Assembly (NCBI RefSeq): GCF_006345805.1
Contig: NC_042997.1
Span: forward strand, 101,370,001 to 101,434,000
Direction: 5' to 3'
DNA: 64,000 nt
Source: Octopus sinensis
Lineage: Eukaryota
The notes below the pieces were generated by a model. It was not told the DNA's origin. It saw only the letters and a list, made by a program, of their open reading frames with translations, and did not search any database. Position 1 is the stretch's first letter; the number at the start of each line of letters is the position of its first letter. Made by a program: the position numbers and the translations under genes. Below, one piece after another: positions 12,703-24,724 of the stretch.

Positions 12703-12912
12703 TCTTTTACTTGTTTCAGTTAATTGGCTGCGGTCATGCTGGAGTACTTCTTTTAATCGAGCAAATCGACCCAGGGTTTATTCTTTGAACTTATTCTATC
12801 GGTCTCTTATGCCGAACCGCTGGTTTACGGGGACGTAAACATCAACATCGGTTGTCAAGCGATGGTGGGAGACAAACACAAATACATACACACACACACA
12901 CACACACATATA

Positions 12913-12945
<33 letters not shown>

Positions 12946-13050
12946 ATACATACATGTATATATATATATATATATACATACATATACATATACATGTGTA
13001 TATATATATACATACATATACATATATATGTATATATATATATATATATC

Positions 13051-13082
<32 letters not shown>

Positions 13083-13121
13083 AATATATATATCTATATA
13101 TATATATACATATACATATAC

Positions 13122-13157
<36 letters not shown>

Positions 13158-13170
13158 GATATATATATAT

Positions 13171-13215
<45 letters not shown>

Positions 13216-13360
13216 ATATATATATAGTTACACGACAGGCTTTTTTCCGTTTCCGCCTACGAAATCCACTCAGAAGAATTGGTCGGCCCGAAGTTATTGT
13301 AGACACTCGTCCAATGTGTCACGCAGTGGTTGGGAAGCAAGCCTCTTACCACACAACCAA
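12703..13360 (-). mobile_element. SINE family A with expanded internal (TA)n
   Basis: 3' half at 12703-12885 and 5' half at 13230-13360, separated by about 330 bp of (TA)n. Confidence 0.8.
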
Positions 13361-14069
13361 TTCATACATAATACACACAAACACACACGCACGCACGCAT
13401 ATACATACATAAATAAGTGGATGTGCTTATGTGTGTGCTTTTGTGCGTGAGTGTGTTCATGTGCCCGTATACTTGTGAGTGTGTATGTATGTGTGTGTGT
13501 GCTTGCGTGCGCGCACGTATGTAGCCGTTAGACTTTAACCAAGGTCAAAATATGACAAAAAATGTATGACCTGTGAGTAAAAACTGAGGTGAAATTCTTT
13601 TCAGACATTTATTTGTCAATGATAATGATCAGGAAAATGTACCTTTACGAGATAATGGACGCCATAGTACATACATACATACATACATACATACATACAT
13701 ACATGTATGCATACACATGTATCACAAGTACATTTAAGCATATCTTTACACATTATTCCGAGACATATTTATCTGACACATTATTTATCAGTGTCCTTTA
13801 AATATTTCGTTATCATATAAGTATACAAGTAGCTTATCGGTCTTTATCTGCAATTCAGACTAGACAACATACTTAGCCGTATTGATTTCTATTTAGTAGG
13901 TTTAAATCAGCATATACACATACACACACACATACTTACCTACATACATACCTATATATGCACGTATGTATAGCTATGTTTGTTCATGTGTGTGTGTATG
14001 TGAGTATGTATGTATATTGATAAATTCCAAGATATGAAGGTATATAGATACATACATACACAATATATG

Positions 14070-14106
<37 letters not shown>

Positions 14107-14180
14107 GTGTATGTATATATGTATTTATATATAATATATATATATGTGTGTGTATATATGTATAAGTATATCTATATGTA

Positions 14181-14243
<63 letters not shown>

Positions 14244-14419
14244 TAGATATACACATATATGAGTGTATATATACATGTTGCAACTTGGGCAAGTGTCTTA
14301 TGTATATATATTATATATTATATATATATATATAAGGTTTGGTCGGCCCGAGGCTATAATAGAAGACACTTGCCCAAGTTGCAAACATGTATATATACAC
14401 TCATATATGTGTATATATA

Positions 14420-14464
<45 letters not shown>

Positions 14465-14612
14465 TAGGTAGATAAGTAGATAGATATACACATATATGAG
14501 TGTATATATACATGCTTGCACCTTGGGCAAGTGTCTTCTACTATAGCCTCGGGCCGACCAAAGCCTTGTGAGTGGATTTGGTAGACGGAAACTGAAAGAA
14601 GCCCGTCGTATA
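14244..14612. repeat. Direct/inverted/direct copies of a SINE-A fragment plus flank
   Basis: ATATGAGTGTATATATACATG..CTTGGGCAAGTGTCTT occurs at 14257 (+), 14336-14415 (-) and 14494 (+). Confidence 0.8.
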
Positions 14613-15679
14613 TATGTATATATATATATGTCTGTATGTATGTTTGTGTTGGTGTGTGTTTACACCACACGTGCGCACACAAACACACGCACACACACAA
14701 ACACACACACCACACACACACACACAACACACACACTGAATGTGTAAATGGAATTCTTGTTGGATTTGAGTAGTGGATTATCTGCATGAAGTCTTTTACC
14801 GTGAAAGGTTTAAGGTCTTCTAATTTTACATAGGAGTAAGCAAAAGGAAGAATCGCCATTAAGCGAATCAACAAGGATGTCGATCAGTCAGCCAAAAGTA
14901 TCAAAGATTTCTATCTTGTCATTTGCAATGCCTTATGTTTAACGACAAGTTACTTATCTCGTATTTAACGCAATCCAACCTCGCTGTCAATAGTTACAAT
15001 AACTCTGTGTTACTCATTAGTGTAAGAAGCGAGAATATTATACAATTCGCGACTGTTTTATAAGATTATAGTTGAAGTTAAGTTCTCTTGGAACTCAATT
15101 ACTAAGTCAGGAAATTTAGAGCAGCGTCTATATGTCTACATGATAAACATATTAAAGAAATAAACATTTGAAAGAAATCCCACCGTAGAAATACTTGATT
15201 AAATATCTAATTAAAAGCTTGACTATACAGTTTCTAGATACTCATTTAGGACATCCGTTATCAGTAGTTTTTGGTGGAAAAATGATTATAGTTATCGTTA
15301 CAATCATATTTCCACCAAAAATAAAAGTGGTGGTGGCCTGCCAAGAACAATTATACTGGCCAATAAATAAATTTCGATTTCTGCTGCCTTGAAAATTAGA
15401 TTTATTCTTGTATATGATTAGATTACTAGTTCCATGCATATTTGTTTTAATGTATGAGCTCTAGTTTTAGATACAGAATACCCTTTTATCTGCCGATGTT
15501 TCCACTTGCGCAATGAAAATATGGACCGTTTTTACTGTCTAGAATTTGATGCCTTAGAATTTAGACATATTTTGGAATATTTTTGGATAGATTTGATTTC
15601 AAGAATAATTGTAATTAATTAATGATCAGTATCTTGATACAAAAATAATAATGATAGTAATGCTATTAATGCTATTAAT

Positions 15680-15925
15680 AAGGCAGCAAGCTTCAAGAAT
15701 CGTTAGCACGCTGGGCAGAGTGCTTAGCGGCATTTTGTCTGTCTTTACGTTTTGAGTTCAAATTCCAGCAAGGTCGACTTTGCCTTTCTTTCTGTCGGAA
15801 TCGATAGAAAAATTAACAGTCGAATACTGAGATCGATGTAATCGACTTACCCCTTCCCGAATTTGCTGGCCTTGTCATAGAAGCTTTCCCGAAATGTCTA
15901 GTCCTGTGCCAAAATTTGAAACCAC
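15680..15925 (+). mobile_element. SINE family B, tail type 2
   Basis: AAGGCAGCAAGC..GAGTTCAAATTCC..GTCGACTTTGCCTTTC core with TGTGCCAAAATTTGAAACC tail. Confidence 0.8.
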
Positions 15926-16231
15926 TACATTACATACTATTAAAACAACATATTAAATCACTACTTCAGTACAAAAGCTTAGAGTACACTTCATTAGATG
16001 CTTTAGTGATTGTAACTAAGTAAATGCACTGGCGGTGAATTTGATCGTTACAGTGGTGATTAATAAGCTTCGCGTTATTTAACATATGGTTAAATATCAC
16101 AGAAGTTAACTTCCTCTTTCATCCTTTCGAGTTTATAAAAAAAAAATGAACCAATCCAAGGACTGTAAGAATGGCGCACAGGATATCTTGTGATATTTGT
16201 TATGGTTTCTTGTATTTTGAATTCAAAATCC

Positions 16232-16396
16232 GGATCTTTTCGGTTTGAACGGCAGTTATTTTAAAATAATTTCCACGTAACTAAACACTTTTAAACTTCT
16301 AGTTGAATGTGTTCATAAAACATCTTTCTCTCTTTAGAAAATTCTATAGTTTGTAAGATATTTGTTGTTTTTTTTCTTCAATTTCTGCAATTTCAA
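16232..16396. mobile_element. DNA transposon/MITE end fragment
   Basis: GGATCTTTTCGGTTTG matches the TIR of the MITE at 60877-61224. Confidence 0.45.
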
Positions 16397-16399
16397 GTA

Positions 16400-19300
16400 A
16401 ATAAACCTACTTATGGATATACTATCTTTTGGAGAGGTCTACCTAAGGGTCAGCGTAGAGAATCTATTGCTGGGTTTGCCCTCAAGAATACATTAGTATC
16501 CTGCATTGCAGAGATGCCGTATTAAACTGACAACAGTTAGGATTCTTACCGTTATCAGTATTAATGCACCAACAATGTCCTATTCTGATGTAACTGTAGG
16601 ACAGTTTTTTGATGGTCTAGCACAATTACCAATTTCTGACAAGCTGGTTATACTGGGAGATTTCAATGCAAGAGTTGGAAAGGGCTACGTTTCATGACCT
16701 TTTTTTGGTCGACATGGGATTGGAAAATGTAATAAAAATGGAGTAGCTCTTTTGACGTTTTGTACTGAGAATAATCTGGTTGTCACCAACACTCTGTTTA
16801 AGCAGAAAAATAAATATAAGACCACCTGGATGCACCCAAGATCTAAGCACTGGTATCTTATAGATTATAATCTGATCAGAAAACGTGATATGAAAGACGT
16901 TTCTAGCGTTTGGGCCATGAGAGGAGCAGAGAGCTGGACTGACCATCGTCTAGTGCGTGGAAAAATAGATTTTTCGATAATACCTAAAAATCAACAGTCT
17001 GGTCCTAAGGTACCCAAAAAGTTAAATATTGCAAACATTAAATTATCAAGTAACTTGCAAAGATTCCACGATGCTATAGAAAGTATCAATCTTGACCCAA
17101 ACAACCTATAGGAAGATTTCAAAACAAAAGTATTTCAGGCTGCAAGTTCATCAGTGGAATTTAAATCACGTAAGTCCAGTGACTGGTTCTCATATAGATC
17201 AGCAGAAATTTAGGATCTACGTGTAGAAAAACAAAACTTAAGCAATGCACTTCTTTCTCAGTCCTTGAACCCCAACTCAAAGGAAGCTTACAGAAAGCTG
17301 AAAAGGAAAATGCAGACTGCTCTAAGGAAAATTAAACAGGAATTGTGGAATGATAGAGCAAAAGGGGCAGAAGAAGCAGCTGATAGAAATGATGCCAAGG
17401 GTTTGTAGTCTTATGTTAAGGAGGTATATGGACCTAAATCTTTTTCAATAGCTCGAGTGAGACAGCAAATCGACGTTTCCTTCTGACTGACACCGCTTCT
17501 TTTCATAAGCGTTGGGTAGAACATTTTTCTGCACTTTTGAATAGACCATCATCCGTTGACATGAGGATGACAGAAAAAATCGGACACCTTCCAGTTAAAA
17601 CAGAGATGGCATTTGAACAAACTCTAAATGACATTTATTTAGTTGTGAATAAGCTGAATAACAATAAGTCTCCAGGATCTGATGGAATTTGTGCAGAAGT
17701 CTTGAAATATAGGGATGACGAAATGTTTGAGCTCTTAAATATATTAAATTGTCACTGCTGGAGAACAGAGAAAGTACCTCAAAATTGGATTGATGCCATT
17801 TTAGTCTCTTTGTATAAATTGGGGCCAAAGGATCTGTGTGGTAATTTTCGTGGGACTTCGCTTTTGTCTGTGGTTGGAAAGGTATTTTCCCGCATTTTGT
17901 TCGTATGTTTAAATACCTTCATAGTTCCAAATATAGTGTCTGAGTCTCAGTGTGGTTGTCTTTCCTCCAGTGGGCGCTGCTGACTGTATCTTTACTAACA
18001 ATTGCAAGAAAAGTGCAATGAACAGAATCTTGCTCTATACCATTGTTTTGATGATTTGAGCAAAGCATTCAATACTGTGGCTAATTCTAAGGAAAATAGG
18101 TTGCCCATAAAAATTTTGGAAACATGATCAGAGCTTTGCATCAAGAAATGAAAGCTAGAGCTAACTTTGGTAGTAGGCTATCTGAATCTTTTGCCGTGAA
18201 AAATGGAGTAATGCAAGGAGATCTTGATCCACCCACTCACTTTACAATATACTTTGCTGTTGTGTTGTCACATGCTTTTCAAAACTCTGAGGAGGGTATT
18301 TACATAAAATATCGAACATCAGGGAATGTTTTTAATCTGACCAGACTGAAATTCAAAACGAAGGTTTTTGCTTCACTCATCAGGGAACTTTTATACGCTG
18401 ACGATTGCAATTTTGTCAGTCATTCTGAAACAGTTCTGCAATCTTTTGCATCTGCATTTGACTCAGCTTGTGATGATTTTGGCTCGGCCATCATCAACTT
18501 AAAAAGAAACAGTTGTGATGCATCAACATGCGTGTGGTGCTGCTTGTAACCCCACTAAAATTTTTGTTAACGGTAGGTTACTTGAGGTTGTCGATTCATT
18601 CATCTACATCGGAAGCTCTGTACAAAATGATGGAAATCTTGATACAGAAATACATCTGCGAATTCAAAGGGCAGCAAAGGTATTAGATGACTTGGAGTCA
18701 CGCGTTTGGTGCAGCGACATATAAGAATACAAAGCTGGCTTTTACAAATCATTTGTCTTACATCCGTTATATTCTTGTGAAACATGAACTTGTTATGAAA
18801 GGTATTTTGATTTGTTAGAACAATTCCACTAAAGATGCCTTCATCGCATTTTAAACATTAAATGGAGTTCTTTTACTCCAAGCACAGATGTCCTTGCATC
18901 TGCAGGCATCACCACAATTAAAGCTAGGATTTTGAGGAACCAAATGAGATGGTGTGACAATATTGTTTGAATGGCGGATGAACGCATGCCAAAACAGCTG
19001 TTTTATGGTGAGCTTGAAGGGAAATGCTATCGGCGTAAGCCTAAAAAAAGATTTAAGGGCGGCATAAGGACTACTATGAAGTCACTTGGATTGGATCCAG
19101 AAGACATAGAAAACCTTGCTTCAGATCGATCTGGATGGCGAACAAAAGTGTGGAGTAAGGTGAAAGCGTTTGAAGAGGCCAGGATAACGCATGTATGACA
19201 CTCAAAAGAGATCTAAGGAAGAATGTTAAGATCGAGAAGGTGAATGACAATGATCTTTTTGTGTGCACAGTTTGTGACAGAACATGCCTTTCTTTTGCTG

Positions 19301-19612
19301 GACTCAAATCTCATTTGCGAACCCATGAAAAACGAACCTCCACCAACTATTCTGCCTGTATGTCTGTGCACACCTTTGAATGCAGTGTATGCTAGAAGGT
19401 TTACAAATCTAACGGAGGGCTCAGAAGATATTTTAAGATCCACAAAGATCAGAACTTATCTGCAGCTCTTGGTGGTCCAAATCGGATGTGCAATGTATGT
19501 GGGTGTCTTTTCAAAACATTGTTTGGTTTAAAAAGCCACATCACATGCCATGATGATTCTAAGGTGTAGGTACAGGAGGTGATCAAACTTTGCATGAGGG
19601 GTAGACAACCAC
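16400..19612 (+). mobile_element. RTE-clade LINE, 5'-truncated and pseudogenised (APE + RT + three C2H2 fingers), (TATG)n tail
   Basis: APE: GYTIFWRG, VILGDFNARVG, TTWMHPRSKHWYLIDY. RT: KSPGSDGI, NFRGTSLLSVVGK, NGVMQG, LLYADDC, ERMPKQLFYGEL. C-terminal CTVC..HLRTH, CSVC..(Y)FKIH, CNVC..HITCH. Many stops and frameshifts. Confidence 0.93.
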
Positions 19613-19730
19613 CATGTATGTATTGTGTATGTATGTATGTATGTATGTATGTATGTATGTATGTATGTATGTATTGTGTATGTATGTATGTATGTATGTA
19701 TGTATGTATGTATGTATGTATGTATGTATG

Positions 19731-20172
19731 TTCCTCTCTTTCTCTTTTTAACTTTAGTGTAAATTTTGACTGGCCATCTACTTGGTTGCAAGGTTGTCAA
19801 GGAAAGTATCTTGTTTTAACCATCATCCTTTAAATCTTAAGAAGGTCTTGCAGATTTTTATAGTCCCAGATATCAAGGTCATTTGTAGCATATGGATTAA
19901 GGATTTACATTTTCCCCCCAAGATCCCAAGTTCAGCCATACTTCGCCCCAGACGGGTTGGTATGTATCCTGTTGCTCCAACAGTAATAGGTATGAAGCTG
20001 AAAGTATTTCTTGGGTACTGGATTTGCAGACTCCTTATCCATGATCTATAGATGTCCTCTTGTATTTTTCTAACCATATTTATGTCCAGAGAGCAGCTGA
20101 TTTCCGCAACAGAACAAAGCTTTTCTTTGTGATCCCACACAGCGATATCTGGCCGGTTGTGTTTTAACTTGT
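19731..20172 (-). mobile_element. RLE-type non-LTR retrotransposon (R4/NeSL-like) 3' fragment
   Basis: HNRPDIAVWD..CSVAEIS..FIPITVGATG restriction-like endonuclease motifs, followed by a short 3' UTR; flanked on both sides by (CATA)n. Confidence 0.8.
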
Positions 20173-20579
20173 TTGTATGTACGTATGTATGTGTTGATGT
20201 ATGTATGTTTGTACGTATGCATATATGTATGTATGTATGTACGTATGTACGTACGTACGTATGTATGTATGTATGTATGTATGTATGTATGTATGTGTAC
20301 ATGTATGTATGCAAGCATGCATATATGTATATACGTATGTATGTATGTATGTATGTATGTATGTATGTATGTATGTATGTATGTATGTGTACATGTATGT
20401 ATGCAAGCATGCATATATGTATATACGTGTGTGTTCACGTGTGTATGCATGCATTCATATATGTATACGTGTGTGTGTGCGCATGTGTGTATGTGTGTAT
20501 GCATGTATGTATGCGTGTGCATGTATGTATGCATGTGTATACATATGTATCTATGCATGCATGTATGTATGTATATATG

Positions 20580-20617
<38 letters not shown>

Positions 20618-20635
20618 TATATACATACATACATG
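20173..20635. repeat. (TATG)n/(TA)n microsatellite
   Basis: Directly visible. Confidence 0.95.
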
Positions 20636-20797
20636 GCAGGTAAGGCTACGTAAGTGCAACGGAAGGACCATAGTTCGATAATAGTATGAGTGAGGAATCT
20701 AGTCCGGGTCGTGTGTGAGCATGTATATGTTAAATAAAATGAGACAACAAAGCCAAGGCAGTGTGAAATTTCTAGGAGATTTATAAAGAGGTAGGTA

Positions 20798-20845
20798 GCC
20801 TTACAACTATTTCAGGGATATGAAGGATATCCCTTCATCAGAAAG
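20798..20845 (-). ncRNA. Type-I hammerhead ribozyme (family H2) in inverted pLTR arm 20729-20875
   Basis: CTGATGA-AGGGATAT ccttc ATATCCCT-GAA-ATAGTTGT-A-aggc: 8-bp stem II; stems I and III weakened. Confidence 0.65.
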
Positions 20846-20899
20846 GATATGAGATAGTTAAATAGAGGAAATAGATAAAATAGAATGAGATATGAGAAC

Positions 20900-21130
20900 C
20901 ACAGTAAATCCACAACACTCACCTGTCACATCTCAAAGATAGGAATATTCAATATAAGTTATCATAGTCCACACTAGATTCAAGGCTTCCAAACAAGGGT
21001 CAACGCTCAGCCTGTAAGTTATGCCTAGCAGAAGCATTCTACGTATTAAAACACAACACCTCAATAATACTAAATAAATATAATTAGGCCCTTTCTTCCA
21101 CCGCTTTCTTCATACCTTCAAATTTTACTA
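20900..21130 (+). mobile_element. PLE (Naiad-like) GIY-YIG C-terminal remnant
   Basis: STTLTCHI..FNISY and ACKLCLAEAFYVLKH..ILNK (CxLCxxE..LNK motif). Confidence 0.6.
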
Positions 21131-21227
21131 CAGATCAAAATGCAACCTAAATCTCCTCACAGTACATATACTGAACACTCCTCAGGTAATGTTCAACAAC
21201 CTAATTTGACTTTCCAGTGTCATAATA

Positions 21228-22534
21228 CGAGGGGCGTTCAATAAGTAATGCCCCTGACCCACTTCCCATAGTAGTAGAGCAACGAAACTTGGCACAGTTA
21301 TTAGTCTTTTTCTACATAGGAACCACCCAGAATTACGCATTTCTCCCCTCGTTTGATGCAGCTCTGGAGACCGTTTTTGTAGAAGACCCCAGCTTGGTCC
21401 TCCAACCACGACGTGACTTCAGAAATCAAGGCTGCATTATCTGGGAAACGCTTTCCTTTCAAAAACAACTTCATGGATGGGAAGAGGTGAAAATCAGAGG
21501 GTGCAAGGTCAGGAGAGTAGGGGGATGGGGGAGGAGTTCATAGCCGCACGCCTGTGCTTCTGATCTGGCGACACGCGAGTTGTGGACTGGAGTGTTGTAC
21601 TGCAGGAGGAGGATCCCTTTGCTGATCTAGCCCCGCCTCTTGATTTTGATAGCTTCTCTTAATTGCCTCAAAAGTGAAGCATAATAGGCTCCTGTAATTG
21701 TGGTACCCTTTGCCAGGAAATCTGTCATCACTACTCCGTCCTGGTCCCAGAAGACTGTGAGCATGACCTTGCTAGCGAAGGGCTGAACCCTTGCCTTCTT
21801 TGGAGGAGGTGAGTCACGGTGCTTCCTCTGCATTGACTGAGCTTTGGTCTCTGGATCATAGTGATGGACCCAGGTTTCATCCTGTGTAATCAGTCTTTTG
21901 AAAAATTTTGACTCATCTTTTTGGCACATCTCCAAATTCATCCTCGAGCACTCAACGCGTTCTTGCTTCTGGAAAGGTGTGAGCAACCTGGGAATCCATC
22001 TGGCAGACACCTTTTGCATATGCAAATGATCATGAATGATAGTTTCCACAGACCTGGTACTAATCTTGACCTAATGGGCTATTTGGCGAATAGTTATGCG
22101 TCGATCTTCCAAAATGGCAGCCTCAACTTGACGGACAAATGCCTCATGAATGGCAGAAGGGGGCGACCAGATCTGGGAGCTGTTTCCACAGAGTTCCGAC
22201 CATGTTTGAATTCACGATGCCAGCGTTTTACAAGGCCATATGATGGGGCATCATCACCATAAGTTACTTTCATTTCATCAAAAGTCGCCCGTGGTGTGCG
22301 TCGCCCGTGGTGTGCGTCCTTTCAAATACAAAAACCGGATCACTGCTCGACACTCAACAGGCTCCATTTCACACTTGACGCAGTTCAAACACCTGTAAAT
22401 CAGAAACCACAATTAGTTCAGGACTGTAATTTGCCACTTAATCTATAGAGATATAAATAATTGCACATGCAAAATTTCAGCTAGATAAAACAACTGCAAG
22501 TGGGTCAGAGGCATTACTTATTGAACGTCCCTCG
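21228..22534 (-). mobile_element. Full-length mariner (DD34D) transposon, 1307 bp
   Basis: TIRs of about 37 bp (CGAGGGGCGTTCAATAAGTAATGCCCCTGACCCACTT, 2 mismatches) and TA target duplication on both sides. Confidence 0.95.
21301..22367 (-). pseudogene. Mariner transposase pseudogene
   Basis: ATG at 22367; WIPRLL, ITQDETWVHHYDP, LLQYNTPVH (catalytic D to Y), YSPDLAPSDFHLF. Disrupted by a 16-bp tandem duplication at ~22284-22315, a stop and frameshifts. Confidence 0.92.
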
Positions 22535-22595
22535 TATTTTAACTTTTCAATTTTCAATTGAATTTCTTAATTGTTTAATAATACATATATAAACA

Positions 22596-22603
22596 TGTAT
22601 ATA

Positions 22604-22700
<97 letters not shown>
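22596..22700. repeat. (TA)n microsatellite
   Basis: Directly visible. Confidence 0.95.
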
Positions 22701-22702
<2 letters not shown>

Positions 22703-23805
22703 TTTTTTAGAAAAACATAAAAACAGAGAAGTACGCTCTAAGAAGTAGAGCAGTCTGTATTTATCACTGGTGAAGGTGTTTATAGGGTTACCCTGGGTTT
22801 ATCGCCATAAAGAGTATCTTTATGGCATATCATGAGACCCTAAGATTTGTTGGCTTATGGCCTTTTTAAAGTATGGAGGAGGAAGCGAACCGGATATAAA
22901 CAATGGAGGTTATCTCCCTTTTCTGGTGGTCATCGGCTTCCGGCTATGACGTCTTCCTGTCGCCACCTGTCGGTTGTTAGGGTAGAAGATAGTGGGTTAT
23001 CTCCCACTCTCATCAGCAATCAATTTCCAGCTGTGGTGAAAATATTATCGTTAACACTGCTGTTATCGTCATTATGCGGTTCCCAAAACGCTAATAGGAA
23101 TTTACTGAAATGCAAGCACGGCTCGAAAATCTCCGATCTGGAGTTCAGTATGTTCCCTGGTACTAGTGAGTTTTCAAGATTTCTATGCGTTCGGCTATGC
23201 ATAGCTTGCAGCATTTAGTAGAAGTAGAGGATTTTCCATGATATCGAATATGGAATTCCGTCTTCCTTCAGTTGCCAGATATGGTTGGCCAGCGATGTTA
23301 CATCAAAGGAGCCCGTGGGGTCGGATTGCTTGACCCAAGCCGAAGCTTTGTTGAACAGTACTGTCTTCTTGGCATGCATAATGATTTCTATGTCTCTGTC
23401 GTTAACGTCAATGAAGACCCTAGCGAAAGAGAGCGCTTTGGTCAGCAACCCTTTCGATAAAGACGGGTAAAAATCAACTATAACAAATTGGGTGAACCTT
23501 GCTCTGCCTCTACACTTGATGGCGTTAAACCATGCGGTCACTTCGCTGGCGCTGCGCCACAAGGAGATGCTAGTAGCCCTTCTTATGGTGTTGTTGATAT
23601 CTCGCAAAATATGCTTGCTCGCCAGACCGATCGCAGATTTGGCCGGATTGATCAGGTGGCACTTAGGGTAAGAGGCAAATTTCGGTTTGTGGTCTTTAAT
23701 TGTGACGAAAGTGTTTCTTTTAGCTAAGATTTCCACCTGGTCATCTATCTCTGAATCGTTAGCTAACGGGGATTTTCGGGCCGTGCTTGCATTTCAGTAA
23801 ATTTC
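22701..23805 (-). mobile_element. Internally deleted PLE (Naiad-like): RT N-half fused to GIY-YIG end, 3' UTR with hammerhead remnants
   Basis: VTIKDHKPKF..KCHLINPAKS, FVIVDFYPSL, FDVT|SLANHIWQLK..YSISWKI, CKLCIAERIEI, LNSRSEIFEPCLH. Hammerhead-like structures at 22991-23020 and 22783-22842; a 35-bp inverted copy of 23099-23134 caps the 5' end. Confidence 0.85.
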
Positions 23806-24101
23806 ATTCACGCTACAAGACCCTTTTGAATAAACAGAACCTGGAATTAATGTCTCCACACTATCTGTTTGTTATAACAAAATATGAACTCCTATCGGAA
23901 TTTACATACCATGGACAAGAAGCCTTTCTACCCATTCTACATACTACTTTCCTTGAATAATGGATCTGCAACTGTAACATACAACATATATTTTTTATCT
24001 TTATTCTCTTATCTCCCTCTATATTTCCTATATCTCTCCCGTTCCAAAATAATTTCTTATACTGAACTCTACTATTTCCTTCTATTTAACTATCTCATAT
24101 C

Positions 24102-24149
24102 GTCTCTGATGAAAGGATATCCCTCATATCTCTGAAACAGCTGTAAGAC
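24102..24149 (+). ncRNA. Type-I hammerhead ribozyme (family H2) in pLTR arm 24072-24218
   Basis: gtct-CTGATGA-AAGGATAT ccctc ATATCTCT-GAA-ACAGCTGT-A-agac: intact core, palindromic helix III, 4-bp stem I. Predicted cleavage after A24145. Confidence 0.8.
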
Positions 24150-24215
24150 TACATGTCTCTTTATAAATGGCCTAGAAATTTTACACTGCCCTGGCATTGT
24201 TGTCTCATTTTATTT

Positions 24216-24254
<39 letters not shown>

Positions 24255-24370
24255 GCACACACACACACACACACATACACACTCACACACACATATACAG
24301 TTATGCAAACAGGAGAAATAGAACTCAAAATATGAGTATATGTAAACTTTTATTAATATTTAGCGGAAGC

Positions 24371-24412
<42 letters not shown>

Positions 24413-24420
24413 GAGAGATT

Positions 24421-24455
<35 letters not shown>

Positions 24456-24724
24456 ATTATTAAGTGCTAATGTTGTCATAAAAATGACCCTTACTTAGTT
24501 TAAGAACTTTTAAAACAATTATTTTTTTCAACAGAACAGAAGTGGAAGAAAAATATACACCACTAATAGTTGGTCAAGTACTCGAGATTTCTCGAAGCAA
24601 TCATATCAACGCGGCATTGTATCTCTCGGCTTGATGTCACTATCTCGAATTTTATTCCATGTGTTGGATAAATATGTGTGTGGGGGATATGTGTGTGAGT
24701 GCGTATATATATATATATATAATA

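Noticed and set aside
14735-14930. Non-repetitive part of ORF 14401-14874 as a host exon
   Set aside because: No domain match or convincing splice sites; the rest of the ORF is SINE and microsatellite.
22860-23090. SECIS element in the Naiad-like 3' UTR
   Set aside because: The ATGA candidates lack the correctly spaced AA loop and GA quartet helix.
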